64,000 nt of DNA from positions 352,001 to 416,000 of the forward strand of contig CAVVXN010000005.1 of assembly GCA_963752285.1 (NCBI GenBank). Direction: 5' to 3'. Below the pieces are notes generated by a model. The model was given only the letters and a program-made list of their open reading frames with translations. It had not been told where the DNA came from and searched no databases. Shown in pieces: positions 48,012 through 58,531 of this stretch (the first letter of the stretch is position 1; every line of letters starts with the position of its first letter). The DNA comes from an uncultured Planctomycetota bacterium. Lineage in GTDB: Bacteria > Planctomycetota > PLA2 > JAEUHO01. Position numbers and translations under genes: made by a program.

Positions 48012-49292
48012 ATGCGCGAGCGACGGCGAAGAGAGCTGTTCGGCCTGGCGGGCTACAACCTGCTCGCCATGGTCCGCCGTGGCTTCTTCTACACGTTCCT
48101 CACGGTGTACCTGCGCGAGGTCCTCCGTCTCCCCGTCTCGGTGATCGCCCTGATCGGGGCCGCGAACGCCGTCGCGAGCACATTGGGACAGGTGCTCCTC
48201 TGGGGCCACGTCTCCGATCGGACCGACCGGCGCGCGGGGCTGATGGTCCGCGGCGAGGCCATCGCGGGCGTCGGGTACCTCGTCACGTTCGCGGCGTACC
48301 GCGTGACGCTCGGCCGCGTTCCTCCCGAGGCCACGGCCGCGATCGTGATCGTGTGCCTCTCGACGATCGAGTTCTTCTGGTCCATGACCGACGTCGGGTT
48401 CCGGGCGGCGATCGCCCAGGTCACCGACCAGGGAAACCGCGGGCGCTACCTCGGCGCGCTCGACCTCCTCGGCCTCGGCGGCATGGGCGCGGGGCTCGGG
48501 CTGGCGGGGATCCTGTACCGCGGCGGCCGCGGCTTCGAGAACGGCGCGCTCTGGCTGCTCGCCGCCGGCTTCATCCTCTCCGGGGTCCCGCTGATCCGCG
48601 CGACCCTGCTCCATCTCGACGGCGCCGAGCCCTCGGCCGCGCTCGTCCGGCTGCGCGGGCCCGTCGCCCCGGCGTTTCGCCGGTTCCTGTGGGCGCTCGC
48701 GGTCGCCGTGATCGGCTCGTGCTCGTTCGTGCAGATCCACTCGTTCTTCGTGCGGCTTCCCGACACCGCCGGCGCGTCCGACACGGGCCTCGCCACGATC
48801 CGCCTCGTGTTCTGGGTCGTCGGCGGCGTCGCCGCTCCGCTCGTGGGCGTGCTGGTGGACCGCGCGGGCGCCCAGCGGGTGCTCTGCGCGTCGATGGCGC
48901 TCCTCGCGGTCGTGCCGCTCGCGTTCATCCCCACACGATCGGTCGGCTACGCCGCCTTGAGCCTCGGGCTCTTCGGCGCGGTCTTCGCCGGGCTCAGGAC
49001 CGCGGGCTACGCGCGCGCCGCCGAGCTCACCCCGGCGGGATCCCGCGGCCGGCACTTCGCGCTCTACAACGCCGTGAGCTCGCTCGGCTGGGGCGCCGCG
49101 GCGCTCCTGCTCGGCGGGCCGGTCTCCGACGTCGTCCAGGGGGCCACGGGATCGGTGCGCCAGGGCTACGACGCGAGCTTCGTCGCGGGCGGCGCGGTGA
49201 CGCTCGTCGGCTGCCTGCTCTACGTGCGCTCCGAGCGGCTCGGCAGGCACGCGAACGCGCGGGCCGCCCCGGTCGAGTCGAGCCCGTCCTGA
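48012..49292 (+). CDS. MFS transporter
   Basis: About 12 TMs; WGHVSDRTDRR and GVLVDRAGAQR motif A; RGRHFALYN. Confidence 0.88.
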   Translation: MRERRRRELFGLAGYNLLAMVRRGFFYTFLTVYLREVLRLPVSVIALIGAANAVASTLGQVLLWGHVSDRTDRRAGLMVRGEAIAGVGYLVTFAAYRVTLGRVPPEATAAIVIVCLSTIEFFWSMTDVGFRAAIAQVTDQGNRGRYLGALDLLGLGGMGAGLGLAGILYRGGRGFENGALWLLAAGFILSGVPLIRATLLHLDGAEPSAALVRLRGPVAPAFRRFLWALAVAVIGSCSFVQIHSFFVRLPDTAGASDTGLATIRLVFWVVGGVAAPLVGVLVDRAGAQRVLCASMALLAVVPLAFIPTRSVGYAALSLGLFGAVFAGLRTAGYARAAELTPAGSRGRHFALYNAVSSLGWGAAALLLGGPVSDVVQGATGSVRQGYDASFVAGGAVTLVGCLLYVRSERLGRHANARAAPVESSPS

Positions 49293-49375
49293 GCCGCGCG
49301 GGGGCGGACGGACCGCTGGCGGCCGGGACGGTCCGGAGGGACAGTGGGGGCGTCGTGCGGCGGGCGGAGGTGCGC

Positions 49376-49666
49376 ATGAAGGCGGTCGCCGAGATCCAGG
49401 TGGTGCCCATCGGCGTGGGCGTGTCGGTCCGCGCGCAGGTCCTTCGGGCGCACGAGGTGCTCCGCGGGACGGGCCTCGTGACCGAGCTCCACGCGTACGG
49501 CACGAACGTCGAGGGGACGCTCGAGGCGATCCTCGACGCGATCCGGCGCGTGCACGAGACGCTCCACGCGGAAGGGGTCGTCCGCATCGCGACCAACGTG
49601 AAGCTCGGAACGCGCACCGACAAGGACCCGACGCTCCGGGGGAAGCTCACCCCTTCCGGGGCGTGA
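49376..49666 (+). CDS. MTH1187/YkoF thiamine-binding family protein
   Basis: AEIQVVPIG.GVS, LHAYGTNVEG, KLGTRTDK; GGAGG RBS. Confidence 0.9.
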   Translation: MKAVAEIQVVPIGVGVSVRAQVLRAHEVLRGTGLVTELHAYGTNVEGTLEAILDAIRRVHETLHAEGVVRIATNVKLGTRTDKDPTLRGKLTPSGA

Positions 49667-49726
49667 CCCGCGGACGGCGGGGCGCGTGCGCGCTTTCGGA
49701 TCCCCCCGGGCGGGGGGCGGGTGGTC

Positions 49727-50704
49727 TCACCAGCTCGCGGCGAGGGCCGCCTCGAGCGAGCCGAGTGCGCGCAGCTCGGCGGCCTTCGCCTGCTCGAGCA
49801 GCGCGGCGGCCGCAGCGCGTCGCGCGGGCTCCTCCGACTCGTTCCGGGCCGGGTACGGGAAGAGCGACGCGACGCGCTTCAGGGCCGCGGACGCCTCCGC
49901 GTACGCGTCGGCGGCGCGCGCGAGCGGCGGCGCGACGCGACCGTGGCGCGCGACCAGCCGCTCGAGCCAGGTCCGCGCCATCGAGCGCATCTCGGCCCAC
50001 ACCTGCGCGTGGAGGGCGCTCCCCGCCGACTCCACGCGCCCCGCGCGCAACGCCGTGCTCCACGCGTCGTAGGCCGCGAGGCCCTCCACGACGTCCGGTC
50101 GCGGCGAAACGGCGCCGAGGCGCGCGACTGCGCGGCCGATCGCACGGTGGTCCGCCGCGGCCGGGCTCGAGACGGCCGTCGTGGCCGTGGGCATCGCGAG
50201 GAGGTACGGTCCGAGCGGTGCGTCGATCTCGTCGTAGCGGATCGGCGGCTCCGCCTCGTTTCGCGCGCGTCGCGACGACACGACGTGGTACCGCTCGGCG
50301 TCCACGCCCACCACGACCGCGTGCTCGGGTCCGTACGCGCCGTAGAGGACGCACGGGCGTCCGGCCTCGAGCTCGCGCGTGGCGAGGTCGTGCGCCTCGC
50401 GGCAGTGCGCGCGGGTGGCCTCTGTGCGCCGGTCCTTCGTGTGCGGCTCGCCCGCGCGAAAGGAGAGGCACGTCCGGCCGAGCGCGGGCAGGGCCGACTC
50501 GAGCCCGCCGCGTTCGATCGAGGCCGGGCCGACCGCGGCGAGGTTCACGTGGACCGCCAGCGCGAACGCGTGTCCCGTGGCGCCGGCCACGTCGATCCGG
50601 TCCGTGACGACGCCCAGCGCCTCGAGGACCGCCGTCGTGGCGGAGACCCACGTCGCCCAGCCGCCGGGCCATCGGACCTCGCCCTGGATCCGAAGCGTGC
50701 CCAT
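49727..50704 (-). CDS. Hypothetical protein (BtrH_N/papain-like fold possible)
   Basis: GGAGG RBS; VAGATGHAF, ELEAGRP, HAVVVGVD, GLAAYDAW; true 3' portion of shadow ORF 49727..55762. Confidence 0.65.
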   Translation of the reverse strand: MGTLRIQGEVRWPGGWATWVSATTAVLEALGVVTDRIDVAGATGHAFALAVHVNLAAVGPASIERGGLESALPALGRTCLSFRAGEPHTKDRRTEATRAHCREAHDLATRELEAGRPCVLYGAYGPEHAVVVGVDAERYHVVSSRRARNEAEPPIRYDEIDAPLGPYLLAMPTATTAVSSPAAADHRAIGRAVARLGAVSPRPDVVEGLAAYDAWSTALRAGRVESAGSALHAQVWAEMRSMARTWLERLVARHGRVAPPLARAADAYAEASAALKRVASLFPYPARNESEEPARRAAAAALLEQAKAAELRALGSLEAALAASW

Positions 50705-50890
50705 CCGCCCTCCCGAGACGCCGGTGTCAGCGTACGCGCGTCCCGCGGAGGGGGGCCGGGGATCCCGCCACGCACAATCCCCGCGACGAGCCCAACCGGT
50801 GGGGGACCAACGAAACCCCCTTCCCAAGATGCAGGGGGGGCCTAGACTCGCCTCCGGGCCGGGTGGTCGGCCCCGGGACGGGAGGCGCCG

Positions 50891-53800
50891 ATGCGCACGG
50901 GATCGAGGGGGGGCGCGCGGGTCACGGTCTTGCTGGGGACGCTCCTCGTCCTGTCGGTGGGCCAGAACGTGGGGACCTGGGTCGCGGCGGCGCGCCGCGG
51001 GCCGCGGGTCGTGGGCGTGGAAGACCACCCCGACGCCCACCGGGCGCTCGTGGACTTCGACGCCGTCATGGTCGCGGGCGACGCCGTCGGCGCCGAGCTC
51101 CCGGTGGGGCGCGTCACCGTCGAGCCGGCGGCGCCCCTCGAGGCGCGCTTCATCACGCCGAACCGCCTCGAGGTCCGGCTGGACGGCTCGGTGCCCGCGT
51201 TCACGCGCTACGCGATCCGATTCGCGAGCGACCTGACCGACCTCTCGGGCCGCCCCGTGGACCGGGACGAGGGCCCGGAGCCCGCCGTCACCACCGGACG
51301 TCTGGACCTCGCGGGCGCGCCGCGGCCCTGGCTCGACGAGGCGGGGGCGGCCGTCGCCTCGATCCTCCTGAACGGCCCGGTCCGGCCCGCGGACCTGGAG
51401 CGCCACCTCCGTCTCCTGGACGCGGCGGGGACGCCGCTCTCGTGGACCCTGACGGGAGGGGACGCGTCGTGGGACCTCCGTGTGAAGGGCGCGGTGCCCC
51501 GCGCCGCGACCCTGGTGGTCGCCGCGGGGCTCGAGAGCCCGCTCGGGCCGCGCGGATTCGACGCCGAGGCGCGCCGCGCGCTCGCGTGGCCCCGCACCGT
51601 CCGCGTCGTCGACGTGGACGCCGAGGCGGAGGCGAGGACCGCGCGCGTGACGCTCGCGCTCTCGCACGCGCTCGTCCCCGAGGGTGCGCTCTCGTTCGTG
51701 TCGGTCGATCCGCCCGTCCCCGACCTCGCGGCGACGGTCCACGACGCGCGACTCGTCCTCTCGGGCGCGTTCCCGCCCGGTCGGACCTCGACGATCACGC
51801 TCAAGCGGGGTCTGCCGGCCCGGCACGGGCTCCGTCTCGAGAGCGACGTGGTGCGACGCGTCCTGGTCCCCGAGCCGCGTCCCCACCTCGCCTTCGCCGG
51901 CTCGGGCAGCATCTTCCCGACCTCCGCGCGGCCCGAGATCCGGGTGGAGGGCGTCTCGATCCCCGCGGTCGAGATCGAGATGCGCGAGGTCTTCGCGAGC
52001 AACGTGGTCCCCCTGGCGCTCGGGTGGACGGGCGCGGGCCGCCTCGCAGGCGCGCCCCGGACCGTCCGCCGCCCGATCGACGCGCCGCCCCACGAACCGT
52101 GGGAGGAGGCGTTCGATCTCGCGGCGGTCCTCGGGCGCGCGCCGCGCGGCACGTGGCTCGTGCGGGTCTCCGACGCGCGCGACGGCTGGCCGTCCGCGAA
52201 CCGCGTGATCCAGCGCACGGACCTCGCGCCGCTCGTCCGCGTGACGCCGGACGGCGCCATCGTTCTCGTGCGAGATGTCGCGCACGGTACGGCCGTCGAG
52301 GACGCGCACGTCGTCCTCTACGACGAGAAGGACCAGGTGGCCGGCGAGGGTCGCACCGACGGGCAGGGGCTCCTCGTGCTCCGCGGTCTCTCGACCCCGC
52401 CCGTCGTCTGCGTGGCCGAGACCGCGGACGACCGCGCGTACGTGGACCTGGGGCACCACGCCGTCGCGCACGACGGCCGCGAGGTCGCCGGACGCCCGCC
52501 GGCGCGCGGTCTCGAGGCGTTCCTCTACTCGGATCGCGGCGCCGTGCGCCCCGGGGAGACGGCCCGCGTCGGCGCGATCCTCCGCGGCCCGGACGGGAGG
52601 GCGGCGCCCGCGGGTCTCGCGCTCCGCCTCGAGCTCGTGGGACCCGACGCGCGGGTGCGGAGGCGCGTCGCGCCGCGCATCGACCGCTTCGGCGCGGTCG
52701 AGGTCGATCTGCCGTTCGCGGACGACGCGCCCACGGGCACGTGGCGCGTCCGCGCGTTCGCCCCCGGCGAGCGCGACGCGGTGGGCGAGGTGGCCTTCCG
52801 CGTGGAGGCGATCGTCCCCGACCGCATCGAGCCGTCGATCGAGCTCCCGCCGGGCGACCTCGCGTTCGACGAGGAGGTGCGCGTCCGCGTGCGGACGCGG
52901 CTCCTCACGGGAGAGCCCACACCCGACCTCCCGGTCACGCTTCGCGTCCGGTACGCGCCCTCGTTCGACACGCCCGTGGAGGGATTTCGCTTCGGCGACC
53001 GCGACGCGGCGCCCGAGCCGTTCTCGTTCCAGGTCGCCGACGACCGGCTCGACGCCGGCGGGGACCTCTCCGCCGTCGTTCGGACCCCCGCCGAGGGCCC
53101 CGCGGGCGCCTCGCTCGTCGCGACCTTCGAGGCGGAGGTCGTGGACCGCTCGGGGCGCGCGGCGTTCGCGCGCACGTCGTGCCGTCTGGTGCCCGCGGGC
53201 CCGCGGCTCGGCGTCGCCGCCCCGCCGGACGAAGGCTTCGTCGTGCCGATCGTCGTCGGCGTCGCGTCGTCGGGGAACGACGCGGCCCCCGTCGAAGGCG
53301 AGGCGGTGCTCGAACGCCTCGCGTGGGAGGGCGGCTGGGTCGAGGAGGGCGACGACCGCCCCGTCTGGCGTTCGTCCCGCGTCGCGACCGTGCTCCAGCG
53401 CGTCGCCTTTCGTGCGACGGGCGGTCGCGGGGAGGCGGCGTTCGACGACCCGGGCGAAGGGTGGTTTCGCGTCTCCGTGTCCGGGCCGGGTGCGCGCCCC
53501 GCCGCGCTCGTGTTCACGCGCTACGACGGGCACGCGTCCGCGGCCGGCACGGGCGGCGGCCCCCGCCTCTCGATCGCGCCGGCGGAGGCGGTGGCGCCCG
53601 GCGGGACGGCGGTGCTCGAGGTGGAGGCTCCGTTCGCCGGACCGCTCCTCCTGACGCTCGAGGCGCCGGGCGTGCTCCAGGCGCGCGTGCTCGATCTGGA
53701 GGCCGGAAGGCGGCGCATCGAGGTGCCGCTCCCCGACGTGGCGGGGCCCGGGCTCTACGCGACGGCGACGCTTCTCCGCGGCGCGGCGGACGCGGGCGAC

Positions 53801-56044
53801 CAGGCGACGCGTCTCCTCGGCGCGTGCTGGGTCGAGGTCCGACGTCCCGCGCGCCGGCTCGACGTGAGCCTGGAGGTTCCCCCCTCGCATCGGCCCGAGT
53901 CCGACCTCGAGGTCACCGTGAGGACCTCCGCGCCGGCATGGGTCCACCTCGTCGCGGTGGACGAGGGCGTGCTCCGACTGACCGGGCACCCGACGCCCGA
54001 CCCGCAGGCGTTCTTCCTCGCGCGACGTCGGCTCGACACGCGCGTCGCGGACGCGTGGGCGCGCCTCGCGCACCGCCTCCGGTTCGGCGGCGACGACGCC
54101 GAGCCCGGCGGCGACGCCCTCGCCGTAAGGATGGACCCGACGGCGCGAAAGACGATCGAGACCGTGGCGCTCGCCGCACCGCCGGTCGTCGTGGACGGGT
54201 CGGCGCGGATCCGGCTCGCACTGCCGGCCTGGGACGGACGGCTGCGCGTCATGGCCGTCGCGTCCGGCGTGGAGGGGACGGGCTCGGCCGAGGCCGGGGT
54301 CGTGGTCGCCGCGCCGATCCGCGTGGCGGTCCACGGTCCGCGCGCCGCGGCGCCCGGCGACGTGTTCGACGTCGCCCTCGAAGCGAAGGGCGACGGCGTC
54401 TCCTTCGACGTCGGCGTGGAGGGCCTCGACGTCGTGGCGCGCGGGGGCGACCCCGCGGCGCCCTCCTCCGTCACGGTTCGCGCGCGGGAAGACGCCGAGA
54501 TCGGGGTCGTCACCGTGACGGCCCGCGACGCCGAGGGCCACGTCGTCCGTCGCGAGGCACGCGTACGGCTGCGCGCGCCCACCCCGTTCACGGTCGCCCA
54601 CGTGCCGGCCCGGCTCGACGCCGGGGCGTCGTGGACCCCGCCCGGGCTCGACGCGTGGCGCGCCGACCGGCTCCGGGCGCGGCTCGTGATCGGGCCGCCC
54701 GAGGCGGCGATCGCCCTGCCGCCGCTCGAGCGGCTGCTCGCGTACCCTCACGGATGCGTCGAGCAGACCACCTCGCGTGCGATCGCCGTGCTCGCCTGGT
54801 CCTCGCTCTGGCAGCGCCGGATGGTCGATGCCGGGCGCCCCGACGACGTCGTGGATGCGGCCGTGGACCGCGTGCTCTCCATGCAGACCGCCGACGGCGG
54901 TCTCTCGCTCTGGCCGGGCGGCGGCTCGTCGGACGCCTTCGGCAGCGCGTACGGCGCCGAGTTCCTGATCGCGGCGCGTGCAGCGGGGCGCGCGGTGCCC
55001 GAAGCGCCGTTCGACCGGCTGCTCGACCACCTCGCCCGCGCCGTTTTGTCCCGACGCGCCGACGCGTACACGGTCCTCGTGCTCGCGCGCGCGGGCCGCG
55101 ACGTCCGCGCGGCGCTCGAGCGGGTGGTGAGCGGCCTCGACCCGGAGGCCGCGCCCGACGTCGAAACCGCGGCGAACCTCGCCACCGCGTTCGAGCTCGC
55201 CGGCGAGGACGAGCGGGCGCGACGCTGGCTCGACCGGGCCGGCGACCCCTGGGGCGTCCCGCGCGAGAGCGGGGGCTGGCTCCGGAGCCCGGTGCGCGCC
55301 GCCGCCGTCCTCCTCGAGGCGATCACGGTCGTCCGGCCCGACGACCCGCGCGCCGACGATCTCGTCTCGCGCCTCGGCGTCTCGGTCACGGGCGCGGCGG
55401 ACGACACGTACACCACGCAGGACGACGCGCGGGCGCTCCTGGCGCTCGCGCGGTTCGCGTCGGTGCGTGCCGACGAGGCGGGGCCGTCGCGCGGCGTGGT
55501 CCTCGTGAGCGACCGCCGGATCGCGTACGACGGCGACCTCGTCCTCGACCTGGACGCCGGCGAGGCGCGTTCGCTCCGTGTCGAGGCCGACACCCAGACG
55601 GCGCTGACCTGGCGTGTCGAGGGCTTCCCCCGCGCGATGCCGGCGACGTCGCTCGACCGCGGCATCCGGGTCCACCGCACGATCGAGGGGCTCGTGGACG
55701 GGCGACTGCGGCAGGGCCACGTGTACCGCGTCGTGCTCGAGGGCGAGGTGGAGGTGGGCCACGGAGAGAACCTCCTGGTCACCGACGTGCTGCCGGGCGG
55801 CCTCGAGGTCGAGGCCGCGCGCGGCCAGGAGGGGACCCTCGCGCCGGACCGCGTGGAGTCGAGGGACGAGCGCGTCCTCTTCTTCCGCGCGGCTCCGCTT
55901 CGCGGGGCGTTCCGTCAGACGTATCTCGTGCGCGCGGTGACGCCCGGACGCTGGCAGGTGCCACCCGTGGAGGCGGAGCTCCTCTACGCCCCCGACGTGC
56001 GCGGTCGCGGCGACGTCGGCGGGACGCTCGAGGTCGTGCGTTGA
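50891..56044 (+). CDS. Bacterial alpha-2-macroglobulin
   Basis: FLYSDRGAVRPGE, APTGTW, LVAVDEGVL, thioester YPHGCVEQ, QTADGGLSLW, DVLPGGLE, RAVTPG. Confidence 0.93.
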   Translation: MRTGSRGGARVTVLLGTLLVLSVGQNVGTWVAAARRGPRVVGVEDHPDAHRALVDFDAVMVAGDAVGAELPVGRVTVEPAAPLEARFITPNRLEVRLDGSVPAFTRYAIRFASDLTDLSGRPVDRDEGPEPAVTTGRLDLAGAPRPWLDEAGAAVASILLNGPVRPADLERHLRLLDAAGTPLSWTLTGGDASWDLRVKGAVPRAATLVVAAGLESPLGPRGFDAEARRALAWPRTVRVVDVDAEAEARTARVTLALSHALVPEGALSFVSVDPPVPDLAATVHDARLVLSGAFPPGRTSTITLKRGLPARHGLRLESDVVRRVLVPEPRPHLAFAGSGSIFPTSARPEIRVEGVSIPAVEIEMREVFASNVVPLALGWTGAGRLAGAPRTVRRPIDAPPHEPWEEAFDLAAVLGRAPRGTWLVRVSDARDGWPSANRVIQRTDLAPLVRVTPDGAIVLVRDVAHGTAVEDAHVVLYDEKDQVAGEGRTDGQGLLVLRGLSTPPVVCVAETADDRAYVDLGHHAVAHDGREVAGRPPARGLEAFLYSDRGAVRPGETARVGAILRGPDGRAAPAGLALRLELVGPDARVRRRVAPRIDRFGAVEVDLPFADDAPTGTWRVRAFAPGERDAVGEVAFRVEAIVPDRIEPSIELPPGDLAFDEEVRVRVRTRLLTGEPTPDLPVTLRVRYAPSFDTPVEGFRFGDRDAAPEPFSFQVADDRLDAGGDLSAVVRTPAEGPAGASLVATFEAEVVDRSGRAAFARTSCRLVPAGPRLGVAAPPDEGFVVPIVVGVASSGNDAAPVEGEAVLERLAWEGGWVEEGDDRPVWRSSRVATVLQRVAFRATGGRGEAAFDDPGEGWFRVSVSGPGARPAALVFTRYDGHASAAGTGGGPRLSIAPAEAVAPGGTAVLEVEAPFAGPLLLTLEAPGVLQARVLDLEAGRRRIEVPLPDVAGPGLYATATLLRGAADAGDQATRLLGACWVEVRRPARRLDVSLEVPPSHRPESDLEVTVRTSAPAWVHLVAVDEGVLRLTGHPTPDPQAFFLARRRLDTRVADAWARLAHRLRFGGDDAEPGGDALAVRMDPTARKTIETVALAAPPVVVDGSARIRLALPAWDGRLRVMAVASGVEGTGSAEAGVVVAAPIRVAVHGPRAAAPGDVFDVALEAKGDGVSFDVGVEGLDVVARGGDPAAPSSVTVRAREDAEIGVVTVTARDAEGHVVRREARVRLRAPTPFTVAHVPARLDAGASWTPPGLDAWRADRLRARLVIGPPEAAIALPPLERLLAYPHGCVEQTTSRAIAVLAWSSLWQRRMVDAGRPDDVVDAAVDRVLSMQTADGGLSLWPGGGSSDAFGSAYGAEFLIAARAAGRAVPEAPFDRLLDHLARAVLSRRADAYTVLVLARAGRDVRAALERVVSGLDPEAAPDVETAANLATAFELAGEDERARRWLDRAGDPWGVPRESGGWLRSPVRAAAVLLEAITVVRPDDPRADDLVSRLGVSVTGAADDTYTTQDDARALLALARFASVRADEAGPSRGVVLVSDRRIAYDGDLVLDLDAGEARSLRVEADTQTALTWRVEGFPRAMPATSLDRGIRVHRTIEGLVDGRLRQGHVYRVVLEGEVEVGHGENLLVTDVLPGGLEVEAARGQEGTLAPDRVESRDERVLFFRAAPLRGAFRQTYLVRAVTPGRWQVPPVEAELLYAPDVRGRGDVGGTLEVVR

Positions 56045-58308
56045 GACGGAGCCCGAGGGCGCGCCGGTGGCGACGATGGGCGCGGCGGCTCGGCATCGCC
56101 GCCGTCGCGCTCGCGTCGCTCCCGCTGCTGCTCCTCCTCCTCGACGCGTGTCTTCCGTTCCCCGAGTCGGCGTTCCAGCGAATCCCGGCCTCCCCCGTCG
56201 TGACCGCGGCGGACGGGACGCCGATGCACGTTGGGCTCACGACCGCCGAGGAGCGGCGCTGGCCCGTCCCGCTGGGGGAGGTGTCGCCCTGGGTCCTCCG
56301 CGCCCTCGTCGCCGCCGAAGACCGACGGTTCTTCGACCACGCGGGCGTGGACGTGCACGCGGTCGGCCGGGCCCTCGTCGCGGACGTCACGGCCGGTCGG
56401 TTCCGCGAAGGTGCGTCCACGATCACCATGCAGCTCGCGCGCCTCGTGCTCCCCGAGCCCCGGTCGGTCCTCGGCAAGGTCGCGCAGGCGTTCCGCGCAT
56501 GGCAGATCGAGCGGCGCCACGACAAGCGATTCGTGCTCGAGCAGTACGTGAATCTCGTACCGTTCGGAGGCAACGTCCGCGGCGTCGAAGCCGCGGCCCG
56601 CACGTACTTCGGACGTCCGGCCGCCACGCTCGATGCGCCGGAGGCGGCGCTGCTCGTCTCGGTCCTGCCGGCCCCGACGCGTTTCGACCCGCGCCGCGAC
56701 AGAGGGGGCGCCCGGCGCCGGCGCGACCACGTGCTCGACCGGATGCGGGAGACCGGCGCCCTCGACGAGGCGGCGTGGCAGCGCGCACGCGCGGCGCCCC
56801 TCGGTCTGTCGCCCGAAGCCTTCCCGGACCTCGCGCCCGACGCCTGGCTCCGTGCGGGCCGCGGCGCGACGACGATCGACCTGCGGCTCCAGCAAGGCGT
56901 CGAGCGCGTCGCCGCGGAGGCCGGTGGGGTGGACGGGCTCGCGATCGTGCTCGTGGACGTCGAGACCGGCGCGATCCGGGCGATGGCCGGCGCGCGGACG
57001 CCGAGCCCCGCCGTCCTCGACGCGACGGATCGGCCGCGCAGCGCCGGCTCGAGCCTGAAGCCCTTCCTGTACGCGCTCGCCTTCGACCGCGGGGTCGCCG
57101 CGCCGAAGACGCGCCTCCTCGACCTACCCTGGCGCGCGGACCACTGGGCGCCGACCGACTTCGACCGCCTCTGGCGCGGTCCCGTGGCGGCCGAGGACGC
57201 GCTCGAGGCGTCGTTGAACGTCCCGGCCGTTCGACTCGCGGCGGCGGTCGGTCCCGCGGACCTCGCCGACGTCCTTCACCGATTCGGCTTCCGCCACGTG
57301 CGCGCGCCGCACGACGGGGGCGCGGACCTCGCGCTCGGCACCGACGACACGACGGCGCTGGAGCTCGCCGGCGCGTGGGCGTCGCTCGTGACGGGCGGCC
57401 GCGTCCGGCGTCCGTGGCTGTCGGCCTCGGAGCGACCCGCGCCCGGGTCGGGCATCGCGGTCGTGTCGCCGGGCGCCGCGGAGCTGGTGGTCCGCGCGCT
57501 CGCCGACCGCGCACGCGCGCGGCCGGCCGGCGCGCCGCTCGAGGGCGTCGCGTGGAAGACGGGCACCTCCTCGTCGCGGCGCGACGCGTGGGCCGCGGGC
57601 GCGACCTCGCGGTACGCGGCCGCGGTCTGGCGCGGACGCCTCGACGGTCGGCCCGACGCGTCGCTCGTCGGGGCCGAGGCGGCGACGCCGATCCTCTTCG
57701 CCGTCCTCGGGCTCGCCGATCCGGCGCCGCGTCCCTTCGGGCCCCCGACGGACGTCGTGGCCGTCGAGACCTGCCCCGAGTCCGGGCTCGCGTGGACCGA
57801 TGCGTGCCCGGACCCCGCGACGGACCTCGTGCCCCGTGGCGCCGCGGCGCTCAGGCCGTGCGACCTCCACGTGCGCGTGCGTCTCGACGCGACGACCGGC
57901 GAGCTCCTCTGTCCCCACTGCGCGAGCGGACGCGAGACGGTGGATCGGACGTTCACGGTGGCGTCGCCCGAGCTGGCGCTGTGGCGTCGCCGCGCGGGCA
58001 TCGTGGACGCGCCGCTGCCACCGCACGCGGCGGGCTGCCCGGCGCCGATCGAGCCTCCGGCGCTCGCGCCCGTGTTCCTCGAGCCCGAGGACGAGACGAC
58101 GCGCGTCGCGAAGGGCGGGCGCGTTCGTGTGCCGGTCCTCGTGCGGGCGTCGGAGGCGGCGCGTCTGGAGCTGCTCGTGGACGGGCGCCTCACGACGGGG
58201 GGAGCGGCCGACGGCACCTTCGCCCTCGACCTCGGGCCCGGCCGGCACGTCCTGACCGCGGTGACGGAGCGAGGCGGCGAGGCGAGCGTGACGGTCTTCG
58301 TTCGATGA
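56041..58308 (+). CDS. pbpC: Penicillin-binding protein 1C
   Basis: TTGA overlap; EDRRFFDHAGVD, GASTITMQLAR; SSLK, SLN, KTG; Cys-rich and beta C-terminal domains; canonical position after A2M. Confidence 0.92.
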   Translation: MRRSPRARRWRRWARRLGIAAVALASLPLLLLLLDACLPFPESAFQRIPASPVVTAADGTPMHVGLTTAEERRWPVPLGEVSPWVLRALVAAEDRRFFDHAGVDVHAVGRALVADVTAGRFREGASTITMQLARLVLPEPRSVLGKVAQAFRAWQIERRHDKRFVLEQYVNLVPFGGNVRGVEAAARTYFGRPAATLDAPEAALLVSVLPAPTRFDPRRDRGGARRRRDHVLDRMRETGALDEAAWQRARAAPLGLSPEAFPDLAPDAWLRAGRGATTIDLRLQQGVERVAAEAGGVDGLAIVLVDVETGAIRAMAGARTPSPAVLDATDRPRSAGSSLKPFLYALAFDRGVAAPKTRLLDLPWRADHWAPTDFDRLWRGPVAAEDALEASLNVPAVRLAAAVGPADLADVLHRFGFRHVRAPHDGGADLALGTDDTTALELAGAWASLVTGGRVRRPWLSASERPAPGSGIAVVSPGAAELVVRALADRARARPAGAPLEGVAWKTGTSSSRRDAWAAGATSRYAAAVWRGRLDGRPDASLVGAEAATPILFAVLGLADPAPRPFGPPTDVVAVETCPESGLAWTDACPDPATDLVPRGAAALRPCDLHVRVRLDATTGELLCPHCASGRETVDRTFTVASPELALWRRRAGIVDAPLPPHAAGCPAPIEPPALAPVFLEPEDETTRVAKGGRVRVPVLVRASEAARLELLVDGRLTTGGAADGTFALDLGPGRHVLTAVTERGGEASVTVFVR

Positions 58309-58531
58309 ACCCGTGAACGCCTCGTTCAGGGGGCGCGCGGGGCACGGAGCCCGGGCGAGGTCCGGCGCGGCTCGGCGGCGAGGCGCAGGAATCGCGACTC
58401 CCGCCGTGCCGCGCGTGCCGGCGCGCCGAGACGAAAGACACCGCCGCGCCCCGTTCGATCTCGCGGCGCCGCGGAGAACCGGCCTCGGCCGCGGCCGTTC
58501 ACACCGGAACGGGATATGCTGCGACTCGCGT

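Noticed and set aside
49727..55762. 2011-aa minus-strand ORF, and similar giant ORFs (16839..20840, 44990..49666, 24711..29219, 50863..58308, 40069..43893, 10583..14155)
   Set aside because: Antisense or off-frame shadows of real genes in stop-poor high-GC DNA, with Arg/Gly/Pro-rich nonsense translation. Only the 3' ends of some are real genes, annotated with corrected starts.
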